Shown here: piece by piece, positions 1 through 9,604 of the stretch
How the letters are laid out: each line of letters begins with the position of its first letter
Numbering within the stretch: the stretch's first letter is position 1
Source: a virus
Taxonomy: Duplodnaviria > Caudoviricetes
Direction: 5' to 3' (one strand)
Virus record (IMG/VR): IMGVR_UViG_3300028380_000482
Coordinates: 32,001 to 96,000 of that record
DNA length: 64,000 nucleotides
Notes under the pieces: model-generated
Databases searched by the model: none
What the model was told of the DNA's origin: nothing
The model's input: only the letters and a program-made list of their open reading frames with translations
Program-made: the position numbers and the translations under genes

Positions 1-1023
1 TCTCCAACGTTACTCAATCGAGCACAAACTGACCTGACCTTACCGGATAAGAAAAAAGAAGAAGTCAAAACACCGCCTGTACAAAACAAGGAACCGAAGA
101 CACAAGACAAGCACGAAGCGCGGCAGCCTAGGAAAAAAACTAAGTTTGAAGAGATGCAGGAAGAGAAGCGGTTAGCGGCGATTTGGGGGAATCCAATCTT
201 GGGACGAAACACCCCAAAGGAGGGTGCAAGGGACGGACAAGAACGTAACAACGCGCAACACGCGGCCCGCTCGCAAGAGCCATATAATGACCGAAACACT
301 TTGGAAGTGGGGTCAACAGGCAGCAATGGGCGCGGCAATCGCGCAGACGCAAGCCTCTGGAACACCAGCTTTGACAAGCGCGGGCGGGGGCAAGTTGGGG
401 TGCTGCAAGCACCGCTCTCGCCGTTCACGGTATGGCCGGGGTGGAAGATTCCGGTCAAGTTAGTGGATGGAATAGATACGGATACGCCCGGTCAGATTAG
501 CGCAGTAGTGGTGGAAGATGTGATGGACTCGGCAACCGGAATGCACAAGTTAGCACCTGCGGGCACGCGCATTCTCGGCTCATACGACGACCAAATTCAG
601 CGGAGTCAGGAGCGATTACCAAATGCTTGGCATACGCTGATCTTGCCGAATGGGCGACCAATGGCACTCGGCGGAATGCCGGGGGCCGACCGGCGTGGGG
701 TGTCAGGCATCCCGATTGAGACTGACAATCACACATGGGAAATCGCAGGCCAAGCCTTGCTAATGACGGTCACAGGGGCAGCGGGTCAGATGGCGACACG
801 AGGTGGGTACAGCGGCAACGACGTTGACCCAGGCGATGCGTTACAGATGGAAGCGGGGCGCGAGATTCGCCGATCGGGGCGGCAGGTAGCGGGGCGCGGG
901 TATCGGCAGCCGACCGGGAAAGCGGAGAGTGGGGAAGTCTTCTTTGTGGTTGTGACGGCCCCATTGGATTTTAAGCAGCCTTATCAAGAAGAGACTGACG
1001 TTGCATTTGGAGAAGAGGAATGA
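1..1023 (+). CDS. trbI: TrbI/VirB10 type IV secretion core protein (5' partial)
   Basis: Frame 1 is open from base 1. It contains IPVKLVDGIDTDTPGQISAVVVEDV, PAGTRILGSYD, WHTLILPNG and GADRRGVSG, matching the VirB10 C-terminal domain. Confidence 0.92.
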   Translation, partial: SPTLLNRAQTDLTLPDKKKEEVKTPPVQNKEPKTQDKHEARQPRKKTKFEEMQEEKRLAAIWGNPILGRNTPKEGARDGQERNNAQHAARSQEPYNDRNTLEVGSTGSNGRGNRADASLWNTSFDKRGRGQVGVLQAPLSPFTVWPGWKIPVKLVDGIDTDTPGQISAVVVEDVMDSATGMHKLAPAGTRILGSYDDQIQRSQERLPNAWHTLILPNGRPMALGGMPGADRRGVSGIPIETDNHTWEIAGQALLMTVTGAAGQMATRGGYSGNDVDPGDALQMEAGREIRRSGRQVAGRGYRQPTGKAESGEVFFVVVTAPLDFKQPYQEETDVAFGEEE

Positions 1024-1544
1024 CCTTCTTTCTTCGCATAATCGGTGCGTTCTGTCTGCTCGTGCTACTGAGCGGGTCGGCAATCAACTCGTTCGGGTAT
1101 CACGTCAACATTACGAACTCGCTCCCTCGCGGTATCTATAAGATAGCCCACGGTCCAGTAGTTCGGGGAGCTTTAGTAGTTGAGTGTTTGTTGCCGCAAC
1201 TCTCCAAATTGGGCAAAGATCGAGAATGGATCGGGCGCGGCTCGTGTCCAAGCGGCACTATGCCGATCCTCAAGCGCGTAGTCGGAGTGCCGGGTGATAC
1301 GGTGACGGCGACACGGGACTACATCCAGATAAATAGTTTCATTCTGCTTAATACGGCGTCTCTGTTTCTGGACTCACAGGGGCGGGAAATCCCCCGTGTC
1401 GGAGATCACACCTACACGTTACAGCCCGGACAAGTGTTATTGTTGGCCGACAATCCGCAGTCGTGGGATAGTCGGTACATGGGGTCAGTGGACATGACAA
1501 CGATCCTCGCAACGGCGGAGCCGGTCTGGTTATGGGAGGACTAA
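1020..1544 (+). CDS. traF: Conjugative transfer signal peptidase TraF (S26 family, pilin maturase)
   Basis: NITNSLPRGIY (catalytic Ser), ILKRVVGVPGD (catalytic Lys) and SWDSRYMG motifs; N-terminal TM segment. Confidence 0.92.
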   Translation: MTFFLRIIGAFCLLVLLSGSAINSFGYHVNITNSLPRGIYKIAHGPVVRGALVVECLLPQLSKLGKDREWIGRGSCPSGTMPILKRVVGVPGDTVTATRDYIQINSFILLNTASLFLDSQGREIPRVGDHTYTLQPGQVLLLADNPQSWDSRYMGSVDMTTILATAEPVWLWED

Positions 1545-1546
1545 TT

Positions 1547-1732
1547 ATGAAGTTTCCATTAGTAATCGCGGTAATTCTTATTGCAACAATTGCATTTAAT
1601 GTTGGGTATGAATTAGGCCAAGAAAAGGCTGTGATGTCGCAGTTTGAGCACCCACGGCAACATCTTGTAGACGTGTTTCCTGGTCATAAATTTGAGTTGC
1701 GAATAGATAAACTGCCCGCCGAGAAAGAATAA
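1547..1732 (+). CDS. Small membrane-anchored hypothetical protein
   Basis: GGAGG RBS, hydrophobic N-terminus, tight packing between traF and trbB. Confidence 0.6.
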   Translation: MKFPLVIAVILIATIAFNVGYELGQEKAVMSQFEHPRQHLVDVFPGHKFELRIDKLPAEKE

Positions 1733-1734
1733 GA

Positions 1735-2703
1735 GTGAACACGAATCGTCGCCAACAAGAGCGCATTCTTGACGATTACGAGACCGGGCTGGGGCCGGAG
1801 ATTCGGGCTGCGATCCGCAAACCGGGAGTCACGGGGATCAAGGTTGCGGGCGAAGACGGGAAGCTCTTTGTCAAAGAACACAGCACGAAATGGGTCGATA
1901 CGTTGCATGTGGTTCCGTTAGCGGTCCGGCGATCGACGCTCAATATGATCTCTTCCGAGTTGCAGAAGTCATTCAACGAAGAACAACCAAGCCTCTCCGG
2001 CGAGCTGCCGTTGACCGGAGATCGGGTGCAGGCGTGGTGCCCACCGATCGCAGACTACAGTCTCGTGATTCGCCGCCACAGCTCACAAGTCTTTTCATTG
2101 GAAGACTATGTTGACGCGCAGATCATGACCCAACAGCAGGCAAATACACTGCGGCGGTACGTACATGAGCATAAGAACATGGTGTGGTGTGGCGCAGTCG
2201 ATAGTGGCAAAACCACTGCCTGTAACGCCTGTCTAGCAGAAATCGAGGGAACCGAGCACGTCTTTATTGTTGAGGATACCAAGGAACTAAAGTTTCTCGG
2301 TGCAAACGTCACGCGACTCCAGACCGCCAATTCAGTCGCCACATTACAGAGTCTTGCGCGTGATTCGTTGCGTGGCGATTACGACCGCTTAGTGATCGGC
2401 GAGACACGCGGTGCGGAGGGGGTTGAGGTCATCAAGATATGGAACGCTGGGCGGCGGGGTGGATTTACCACGGTGCACGCGGAGAGTGCGGCGGGTGCGT
2501 TTGTGCGGTTTGCGATGTTCTGCCAGGAGGCAAGGTTGCCGCCTTTGTGGATGCAGATCGAGGCAGCGATTGACGTTGTGATACATATCGCCATGACGCA
2601 AGAAGGACGGAAAATTACCGAGATCAGGGAGGTGCAGCATGAAGACATAGACATACCAATTAAGTTCAAGCGGCAAGAAGAGATGTACACAACAACACAT
2701 TAA
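1735..2703 (+). CDS. trbB: TrbB/VirB11 traffic ATPase
   Basis: Walker A GAVDSGKTT, Asp box IVEDTKEL, Walker B LVIGETRG, His box TTVHA. Confidence 0.93.
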   Translation: MNTNRRQQERILDDYETGLGPEIRAAIRKPGVTGIKVAGEDGKLFVKEHSTKWVDTLHVVPLAVRRSTLNMISSELQKSFNEEQPSLSGELPLTGDRVQAWCPPIADYSLVIRRHSSQVFSLEDYVDAQIMTQQQANTLRRYVHEHKNMVWCGAVDSGKTTACNACLAEIEGTEHVFIVEDTKELKFLGANVTRLQTANSVATLQSLARDSLRGDYDRLVIGETRGAEGVEVIKIWNAGRRGGFTTVHAESAAGAFVRFAMFCQEARLPPLWMQIEAAIDVVIHIAMTQEGRKITEIREVQHEDIDIPIKFKRQEEMYTTTH

Positions 2704-2715
2704 AACAGCGAAAGG

Positions 2716-3051
2716 ATGGACGGTATGGTGCGTAGGGGACGGTTGATGTGGCTGGTTTTAATTGCGGTCGCGGCGATGGTCGGACTAGACGCCGGTGGGG
2801 CGATGGCCTCAGGAACAAACACGCTGGCGGAGATGAGTGCGGGCGTGTTAGCGGTTGGTGACACGTTACAGAGCACGGAAATCCTGGGGAGCATTGGATT
2901 CTGGCTGGTGGCGATTGGGGCGGTGGGGTTGCTGCGTGGGGATCTTGGTGCGGGGTGGGTGGGGTTCTTTATTCTGTTTATTGTCGTTGGCGTGCTGTTC
3001 AATGGACAGAATATCGTGGAGGCAATCGGCTGGTCGGCGGCGGTGGTATAG
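2716..3051 (+). CDS. trbC: TrbC/VirB2-like pilin
   Basis: 111 aa with a leader peptide plus two hydrophobic helices, between VirB11 and a VirB3-like gene, with TraF nearby. Confidence 0.7.
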   Translation: MDGMVRRGRLMWLVLIAVAAMVGLDAGGAMASGTNTLAEMSAGVLAVGDTLQSTEILGSIGFWLVAIGAVGLLRGDLGAGWVGFFILFIVVGVLFNGQNIVEAIGWSAAVV

Positions 3052-3105
3052 CTGCTTCCCCTCTGCCCTCTTGGCCGGAGGGCAGAGGGGCAACCTGGAG
3101 TAACT

Positions 3106-3474
3106 ATGAACGATTCATCATACCAAGACACTCCGATTATTCTACCCTTAGCGCAGGGTGTGTTGAGTCCTATCAAGCGGTGTGGAGCAGAACGCGCCCC
3201 TGCCGATTTGGGGTTTCTCCTTGCCTTTCTCATGTTCATGACAGCCATGTATGGACAGTGGAAAGCGCTCTACTTTCTTATTTTCCCGATCGCGTGGCAC
3301 ATCGCCTGGATGATCGTTTTCAGTCGAGACCCGCAGTATTGGGCGATCATGATGCGACAATGTGTGTGGTATCCGTGGCCGGAGTGGGTGCAAGCATGGC
3401 CGGGCCTTGGGGCAAAGCCAGTGAAGATCGAGGCAAGCGTGCCATTCAGGGGTGAGGCGGCGTATTCGGCATAA
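3106..3474 (+). CDS. trbD: TrbD/VirB3-like inner membrane protein
   Basis: PIKRCGAER resembles the P-x3-G-x-E-R motif, followed by two TM helices and an RDPQY motif; follows the pilin. Confidence 0.75.
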   Translation: MNDSSYQDTPIILPLAQGVLSPIKRCGAERAPADLGFLLAFLMFMTAMYGQWKALYFLIFPIAWHIAWMIVFSRDPQYWAIMMRQCVWYPWPEWVQAWPGLGAKPVKIEASVPFRGEAAYSA

Positions 3475-3623
3475 GAAAGTGTCGGACTTAAAATCGAGAG
3501 TTTTCATGCGGACAGAAATTTCGATTTTAACCCAGAGACGCCAGCGGTTTGGGGATTGTAGACGGCGATTGCATAATCTGGAAATAAGAATCAGCATTAA
3601 CGCGGAGTTACGGGGAGGGATGG

Positions 3624-3818
3624 ATGTCTACCGGGGTAAAAATAGGGATTGGACTGTTGACGCTTTTGTTGACGGGGTGCGCACAGAGTACGAGTTACCC
3701 ACGGAACACACGAAGCGGGTACTACGGGACGACTCGGAGCCCCACGTATGAAGTAACCCGCCAGATACAAGAGGTAGCGAGAATGCGGCGGGCATGGGAG
3801 CAGCTACGGAGATACTGA
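3624..3818 (+). CDS. Small lipoprotein (possible entry-exclusion or VirB7-like)
   Basis: Lipobox LLTG-C after a hydrophobic leader, GGAGG RBS, tra context. Function is inferred. Confidence 0.6.
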   Translation: MSTGVKIGIGLLTLLLTGCAQSTSYPRNTRSGYYGTTRSPTYEVTRQIQEVARMRRAWEQLRRY

Positions 3819-3819
3819 A

Positions 3820-4221
3820 ATGCCGTTTCGCAAAGCGGATTACGGCCCCGAGTGGGACCGGATTAAGAAACGGATACTTGAGCGCGAGGGGTATCGGTGT
3901 CGCATGTGTGGAGTGAAGCGGTACTCAGTCGGGGTGCGGCATAAGGATGGCAGATTCACGTTACACATTGAAGCAGCGAGTTACGAAGAAGCCCGCCGCT
4001 ACGCCAGAGACGGCGGGGGATTGATCGTTGTCAAGCTCGCCGTTGCTCACTTAAATCATGACTTAAGTAATCACGAACAATTCTTGACGGCCTTATGCGA
4101 TTATCACCACCTAAAACACGATCAGCCACAGCACACGGAGAATTCCAAGAAGACACGGGCCGCGAAACGGGAGCGGATACAATCGGAGTTATGGGATGAG
4201 CAATACGGTGTACTCATTTAG
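3820..4221 (+). CDS. Phage-type HNH-like Zn-binding protein
   Basis: YGPEW...ILEREGYRCRMC...VAHLNH...ALCDYHHLKHD pattern. Confidence 0.75.
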   Translation: MPFRKADYGPEWDRIKKRILEREGYRCRMCGVKRYSVGVRHKDGRFTLHIEAASYEEARRYARDGGGLIVVKLAVAHLNHDLSNHEQFLTALCDYHHLKHDQPQHTENSKKTRAAKRERIQSELWDEQYGVLI

Positions 4222-4585
4222 GTTAAGCGACGAGATGGAAGTACGGGCGGAAGTACAGGCCAAACAGCGAGGGCTGAAGAGCGGGCACGCGCTCATGAAA
4301 GAGATCGTCGAGAACTATTTTAATGGAGAGGGAGACAAGCGCCAGAAGAACATGGACCTTTTGTTGGCCGAGATTGCAGGGTTGAAGGGTGAGGTAGGCG
4401 AGCTGACGTATGAAGTGATGCGGACGCGGGCGATGGTGGCGCGGGTGATTGATCCGAAGGGCGGAGAGCAAGGGGAGAAGGGAAAGCTGTTGATGGAGGT
4501 GGCGGGGAAGGATGTGGCAGCGTACGTGAACGGAGAGAATGGAGGAGCAGCATGTCAGACAAACGGACGAGAGAAGATTACATAG
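4196..4585 (+). CDS. Ribbon-helix-helix DNA-binding protein (TrwA/MobC-like relaxosome accessory candidate)
   Basis: N-terminal TVYSFRLSDE beta strand plus two helices, then a coiled coil; lies upstream of the coupling protein. Confidence 0.65.
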   Translation: MSNTVYSFRLSDEMEVRAEVQAKQRGLKSGHALMKEIVENYFNGEGDKRQKNMDLLLAEIAGLKGEVGELTYEVMRTRAMVARVIDPKGGEQGEKGKLLMEVAGKDVAAYVNGENGGAACQTNGREKIT

Positions 4586-4986
4586 CAGAACACGGGACGC
4601 TAGCGGCAGTAATCGGGCAAATGATTACGGACCTGAGCGCGGGCGAGATTTCTCAGGAAGAAGCACGGAGACGCTTTCTCGACTACACCATAGAATACGA
4701 GTCGCTTCCACAGCGCGAGGGCTTCATTCAAACGTCCTCGATTGTGTCAGGACGGACCGGCAAGCCGCTGGTGGATTACCGATGGGATGACAAGCGGGTT
4801 CAGTGGACACCGGAAGAGGCACAGGCTCATGCGTTAGTGATTCTCGCGTGTGCTGAGGCGGCGATCATGGACGCGGCAGTGGTGGAGTTTTTGAAGGTGC
4901 GGATGGATCTTGATTGGGAAAAAGCGGCAGCGTTCGTGCATGACTTGCGGAACTTCAGAGAGGACATGAAAAAGGAATGGCAGTAA
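4552..4986 (+). CDS. Hypothetical protein
   Basis: GGAGGAG RBS; operon-like overlap with the previous gene. Confidence 0.65.
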   Translation: MSDKRTREDYIAEHGTLAAVIGQMITDLSAGEISQEEARRRFLDYTIEYESLPQREGFIQTSSIVSGRTGKPLVDYRWDDKRVQWTPEEAQAHALVILACAEAAIMDAAVVEFLKVRMDLDWEKAAAFVHDLRNFREDMKKEWQ

Positions 4987-5186
4987 CCCCCGCTCGCCTT
5001 ACGGCGGTCCTTCGAGTGGCGAACTTTGTCCGCCGACTCTCAGACCCGCACGCTCGGCTTCGCTACGTTCACACCCTCTGTTGGGGTGACGCTGCTTAAA
5101 CTACCAGCGGCAGTCCTTCAGTTAGTGACCTCCGGCCACATAACTTCAGACCTGCACGCTTAGGCCCGTATCGAAAGGAATTCAAA

Positions 5187-5438
5187 ATGTGGACTCGACT
5201 GACGGACGAGATGGTCCTGACCGAGATTGTGTTGCTGCACGGGTGGGCGACGGCGTATACCGTGCAGCAGTTGGTTGAGGATCGGCTTGGTCGCAGAGTG
5301 AGGATGGGAGAGATTGGCAGGCGAGTACGGCGACTGTTTGCTGAACGGAAGATCAAAGTCATCGAGCACCGGGGCGGGGCGCCGTGGCGGTACGAGCCGT
5401 GGGGCTATGCGCTGGTGCGGGATGAATGCCACCCCTGA
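5187..5438 (+). CDS. Hypothetical protein, possibly winged helix
   Basis: AAAGGA RBS; basic helical pattern. Confidence 0.5.
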   Translation: MWTRLTDEMVLTEIVLLHGWATAYTVQQLVEDRLGRRVRMGEIGRRVRRLFAERKIKVIEHRGGAPWRYEPWGYALVRDECHP

Positions 5439-5465
5439 GAAGGGTGCAAGCGGAAGGGGTAGCCA

Positions 5466-5933
5466 ATGCGAGCATGGGTTGTGTGGCTGGTGTTGTGTGT
5501 GACGGTCGCGTTCGTGGTAAAGCAATTCCTACTGGCACCCCAGTGCCAGGGAGAGGGGTGGCAGAGTATGGAGACCGCGCCACGACAACCACCAACCGAG
5601 GGGACAGCGGCGATTCCGATTGAGTTGTGTTATGCACGCAAGGGAGGGAAGCCTTGGTATGGGCTCTTTGCGTGGACAAATAGAGTACAGGTTGGACCGT
5701 CTGCTGACGAAGCAATTCCTCGTATTTACCCACAAGAGAAAGTTGCAGTCTCTAGATGTTTAGGAACGGCGAACGAATGCAGTCAAGCCCTTGTAGTGAA
5801 ACTGAAAGAATCAGAGTGGGTGAATCTGACCAAGCCAGGACACGGAATTGGGGATGAGAAGTTTTTCCTATGGCGAGTACCAGAGACAACGGACCCGAAG
5901 GAGTATGAAGCACTCAATCTAAATAAGGAATAG
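5466..5933 (+). CDS. Membrane-anchored hypothetical protein with WQSMETAP motif
   Basis: N-terminal TM; W-Q-x-x-E-T-A-P motif common in small phage proteins. Confidence 0.55.
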   Translation: MRAWVVWLVLCVTVAFVVKQFLLAPQCQGEGWQSMETAPRQPPTEGTAAIPIELCYARKGGKPWYGLFAWTNRVQVGPSADEAIPRIYPQEKVAVSRCLGTANECSQALVVKLKESEWVNLTKPGHGIGDEKFFLWRVPETTDPKEYEALNLNKE

Positions 5934-5936
5934 ATC

Positions 5937-6230
5937 ATGCCACTGGGGAACCGCTGTTCACGCTGCGGGCGGGGGCTTGGGCCGGGGGCACAAGAGGCGC
6001 TCTTTGGGGGCCACGAGATTTGCTACGCGTGTTTGAATACCCCCGCCTATGAAGAGATGCTCAGTGAATTGCCAACGGACGAGAGAGCGGACTGGGACCG
6101 ACTGTCGTTATGGGAGAAGGGGTTTATTCGCTCGATTCGGGAGCAATACGAAGAGCGGGGGACGTTGAGCGATTTGCAGGCAGAGAAGGTCGAACAGGTA
6201 TGGGAACGGTGGCAACGGAGACGGAGATAG
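5937..6230 (+). CDS. Zn-finger hypothetical protein
   Basis: CSRC...CYAC and LSLWEKGFIRS. Confidence 0.6.
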   Translation: MPLGNRCSRCGRGLGPGAQEALFGGHEICYACLNTPAYEEMLSELPTDERADWDRLSLWEKGFIRSIREQYEERGTLSDLQAEKVEQVWERWQRRRR

Positions 6231-6459
6231 GCGTGCCTTGGAAATACTTTTTGCTTGTGTTGCCGGTGTGGGGGATGTTCACTGCGGCGGTTGGGATGGT
6301 GTTTCATGATTTGGGGTACAAGGAAGGGCTGGTTGTTTGTGAGCATCCGAAGCAAAGTAAACTACAGGAATGGCGGTATGCAGGTGACTGTGTTTGCCTT
6401 GACCCGACCGGCAATCTTGTGTCTTCATCGTGCGAAGCAAAGGGGAGTGGGGGGATCGC

Positions 6460-6804
6460 ATGTCAAAAATAGGGAGTTGGGTTTTCGACAAGATATTCGG
6501 ACGGAAGCTCCTGACCGACGATCTGGTGTTTGCGGTCATTGCCGAGATGACCCCCAGGCCCGCGCATGCAGAAGATGTAGGAGAAATCATCGCGAACCGC
6601 GTAGGGCGGGACATCAGCAAGCGGGTGCTACTCACACACTTTGATAATCTCTTAGAGGCTGGGCGGATTGTCGCGGTGTGGGGTGGGGAGGGGCAGGAAG
6701 GGATACACAGACGCAAGTACGCCCCGTTCTTTGCGGTGTTACGGCCCGAACTCCGCCCTCCTGGGAAAGGCGTGCTGCTGACACCGGCCAGGGAGAAGAA
6801 GTGA
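6460..6804 (+). CDS. Hypothetical protein, possibly winged helix
   Basis: ATG at 6460 after a G-rich RBS; GTGA overlap with the coupling protein gene. Confidence 0.5.
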   Translation: MSKIGSWVFDKIFGRKLLTDDLVFAVIAEMTPRPAHAEDVGEIIANRVGRDISKRVLLTHFDNLLEAGRIVAVWGGEGQEGIHRRKYAPFFAVLRPELRPPGKGVLLTPAREKK

Positions 6805-8606
6805 CAAAGACAAACGCGCTTCTCTGGAAGCTCGAACAACTCAAGACGTGGTCTCAAATCCAAGCCTCCGCCATGCAGTATTGGTTCCGGTGGGGCATTG
6901 TTGTGTGGCTGGTCAGCGCTGTGATTATTCTCGCGATGGGACTGACGATCGAGCCGGAACGGAAACAGAACGCAGTCACGTGGATAATCGCTAGCGTCGG
7001 TGCCAAGGCGCGGATCAAGACCATAGGACTCAAGACAGTCTGGTGGAAAGGCGACCCCTACGAGCCGCAGGTATTGGCAGAGTGGATGGACAAGCATGTG
7101 TACGGCGGGGCGCGGTTAAGTCAGTGGCTCGCGTGGGCGGCGGTGATGGGAATTGGACCAGTGAGTCTGATTGGCAGTATTGGGTTGTGGCGGGTACGAA
7201 AGAAGGCCGCGAAGGATGGAGAGCAACACATCAGAGGGGCGCAGATTCACACAGTTGAGGAGCTACAGAAACGAATAGGAATCAGCAGAGGAGACGGAGT
7301 TTTTGTTGGCGAGGTCTTCGTGCCGAGGGAGCAGATCAACGCCCACACCGGGATTGTCGGCTCGACTGGGGCAGGGAAATCGACGCTGATGGAGGGGATA
7401 CTTGAGCAGATCGAAGCGAGGGGAGAGCGGGTGGCGCTGGTTGATGTGGAGGGAACGTTTACGGCGAAGTTTTTCAATCCCAAGCGCGGGGATGTGATTC
7501 TGAATCCCTTGGACCGACGCTGGCAAGGGTTTGACATCAGCGCCGAGTGCGAACGGTTAGAAGACTGCGAAGCGATTGCGACGAGCCTGTTTCCGATTAC
7601 CGGACGGATGCGCGGGACGACCGGAGAGTATTTTGCTCGCGTCGGGCGGCGCGTGATCCGGGATGTGCTCAATGTGATGCGACAGCAGGGCAATGCCGAC
7701 CTGCGTGTGATTCCCGAACTCCTCCGGCATCCGAAAGCCCTGCTGGAGATGCTCGGAGACACGGAGGCAGCGGCGGAGCTGGGGTACAAAGACAGCAGAG
7801 AACGGCGGCAATTTCTTTCGGGCATTCGCACGGCGACAGACAGCTTTCGGTATCTCGATCCACAGCCAGGCGACTTGGCGAGAGACACTGTCCCGTGGAG
7901 TGCCCGGCAATGGGTCACACAAGGGGAAGGCTGGTGCTTCTTTACGGTGAGTGAATCGCAAAAAGCAGCGGTGTTGCCGTTTATTGGCTTAGCGCTTGAC
8001 CTCCTCGGACGGCAATTGTTAGAACAACCGCTTCGTCCTGAGAAACTCCTGTGGCTCTATTTTGACGAACTCGGAGACTTGCCCGCGCTAGCGACGTTGC
8101 CACGGATTGCCACACGAGTACGGAAGCGCGGTGGGGCGATCGTTTACTCGATCCCGGACCGGAGCAAGTTAGAATCGGTGTACGGAGAACACGAGACTGA
8201 TTCGATTCTGAACGCGGCGGCGGTGCGCGTATATATGCAAACTAATGACCCCAAGACCCAGGAGTGGGTTGCGGCCAGTATCGGGCGGCATGATGTGGCA
8301 CGGCAGGTCGAGAGCCACACGATGGGGAGTAAAGATGGACGGGATGCGGTGCATCTCAATCCCAACCTGAGCCGAGAAGAATACGCGATCACGCCCTCAC
8401 AGGCCGGGCAGATTCCGGTCGGGCGTGCCTACTTGAAGGTGGGCGCCTTTGGCACGGCGTATATTCGGATTCCCCTGGTGGAGCGGGAGGAGCAGGAGTC
8501 CGGCTTTCTGCCTCGCGCTGAAGCCGAAGAACTAAGAGAGGCTGAACAAGAGGAAGCGGCAGATTGGCAAGCGGACGCGCTGGCGGATGTCAGGCGAGCG
8601 ATTTAA
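6801..8606 (+). CDS. traD: Type IV coupling protein, TraD/TrwB family
   Basis: Two TM helices, HIRGAQI, Walker A HTGIVGSTGAGKS, DVILNPLDRR, Walker B LYFDELGDL, RKRGG. Likely start is GTG at 6801 after GGAG. Confidence 0.93.
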   Translation: MTKTNALLWKLEQLKTWSQIQASAMQYWFRWGIVVWLVSAVIILAMGLTIEPERKQNAVTWIIASVGAKARIKTIGLKTVWWKGDPYEPQVLAEWMDKHVYGGARLSQWLAWAAVMGIGPVSLIGSIGLWRVRKKAAKDGEQHIRGAQIHTVEELQKRIGISRGDGVFVGEVFVPREQINAHTGIVGSTGAGKSTLMEGILEQIEARGERVALVDVEGTFTAKFFNPKRGDVILNPLDRRWQGFDISAECERLEDCEAIATSLFPITGRMRGTTGEYFARVGRRVIRDVLNVMRQQGNADLRVIPELLRHPKALLEMLGDTEAAAELGYKDSRERRQFLSGIRTATDSFRYLDPQPGDLARDTVPWSARQWVTQGEGWCFFTVSESQKAAVLPFIGLALDLLGRQLLEQPLRPEKLLWLYFDELGDLPALATLPRIATRVRKRGGAIVYSIPDRSKLESVYGEHETDSILNAAAVRVYMQTNDPKTQEWVAASIGRHDVARQVESHTMGSKDGRDAVHLNPNLSREEYAITPSQAGQIPVGRAYLKVGAFGTAYIRIPLVEREEQESGFLPRAEAEELREAEQEEAADWQADALADVRRAI

Positions 8607-8886
8607 GAAGGCTGCCATGAAAATCACCGCGCATGATCGACCTGTGAGTTTGCATGTCATGGTGTTTCTCAACGGCAAACTCTGTTCCCGGCACATCTTC
8701 TCAGCCGATGAAGACCGGGGAGAAATCGTCGCGTATGCCGACAGTCACGAAAGAAGATTCCGGTTGAATCCTCAGACGCAAGAGCCGGAAACTGACATCC
8801 TGACAGGGACGGTGGAAATTGTGTTGAAGCCTAATGCAGGCCCCCTGATCGAACGGCTCTATGCAAAGATGCGCAAGCAGAGGTGA
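8587..8886 (+). CDS. Hypothetical protein
   Basis: Operon-packed ORF. Confidence 0.55.
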   Translation: MSGERFKKAAMKITAHDRPVSLHVMVFLNGKLCSRHIFSADEDRGEIVAYADSHERRFRLNPQTQEPETDILTGTVEIVLKPNAGPLIERLYAKMRKQR

Positions 8887-8889
8887 GTC

Positions 8890-9204
8890 ATGAAACTTCT
8901 CGTCGTACTCTTGTTGTTGATGACGGCCAGTGTGTGTGACGCCGCCACACTGGCGTGGACCGACAAATCTAATAACGAGCAGGGGTTTATCGTCGAGAAG
9001 AAAGTCGGGCCGAAATGGACCGAGATTGGCCGCCCGATCGCCAACAGCACCATGTTTCTTGTGAAGATTCCGCCGAACACCTACCCCTGTTTCCGGGTGC
9101 GGGCCTATAACGCGACGGGGAAAAGTACACCGAGCAACGTCGCGTGCACCCCCAAAAAGGGTGCGAGCAAGAAAAAGCCAGGCCCCTCGAATGTGGGAGA
9201 ATAA
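8890..9204 (+). CDS. Secreted single fibronectin type III domain protein
   Basis: Signal peptide plus LAWTDKSNNEQGFIVE...FRVRAYNATGKSTPSN. Confidence 0.8.
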   Translation: MKLLVVLLLLMTASVCDAATLAWTDKSNNEQGFIVEKKVGPKWTEIGRPIANSTMFLVKIPPNTYPCFRVRAYNATGKSTPSNVACTPKKGASKKKPGPSNVGE

Positions 9205-9566
9205 TGCCGCGAACCTTCGGCCAACACTACATTTTAGTGGGCGGCGAACCGCAGCCGGTCGCCTTCGAAGAGTTCATGGCGTGGGTTCGCGAGCATATTG
9301 ACGAGACCAGAGTAGCGTACACCCAACTCGGAGAAGTGCTCGTGTCAACGATCTTTCTCGGGATGGATCACAATTTCCATAGCCGTGATACTCCGCCGCT
9401 CCTGTTCGAAACGATGGTGTTCGGCGGCCCACTCGATCACAAGTTCTTTCGTTCTCGCACGCGGGCCGAAGCCCTGCGCGCCCCAGGTCTCCCCTTCCTG
9501 AGGGGATTCCTGATGGGGTGTGAACACGAGCGTGTCTGTTCACTAGTCCGAAACTCCCAAGCATAA
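9204..9566 (+). CDS. Phage-type hypothetical protein, C-terminus possibly disrupted
   Basis: VSTIFLGMDHNF...PPLLFETMVFGG motif; ATG 9204 overlaps the previous stop. Confidence 0.65.
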   Translation: MPRTFGQHYILVGGEPQPVAFEEFMAWVREHIDETRVAYTQLGEVLVSTIFLGMDHNFHSRDTPPLLFETMVFGGPLDHKFFRSRTRAEALRAPGLPFLRGFLMGCEHERVCSLVRNSQA

Positions 9567-9604
9567 ATAATTTTCAGAGTCTTCCTTTTTCTTCTCCTTC
9601 TCTC

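Noticed and set aside
4987-5186. HEARO/omega RNA or integron attC site
   Set aside because: Only short words match (CTACGTT, TAAC); there is no IscB or integrase and no full attC pairing.
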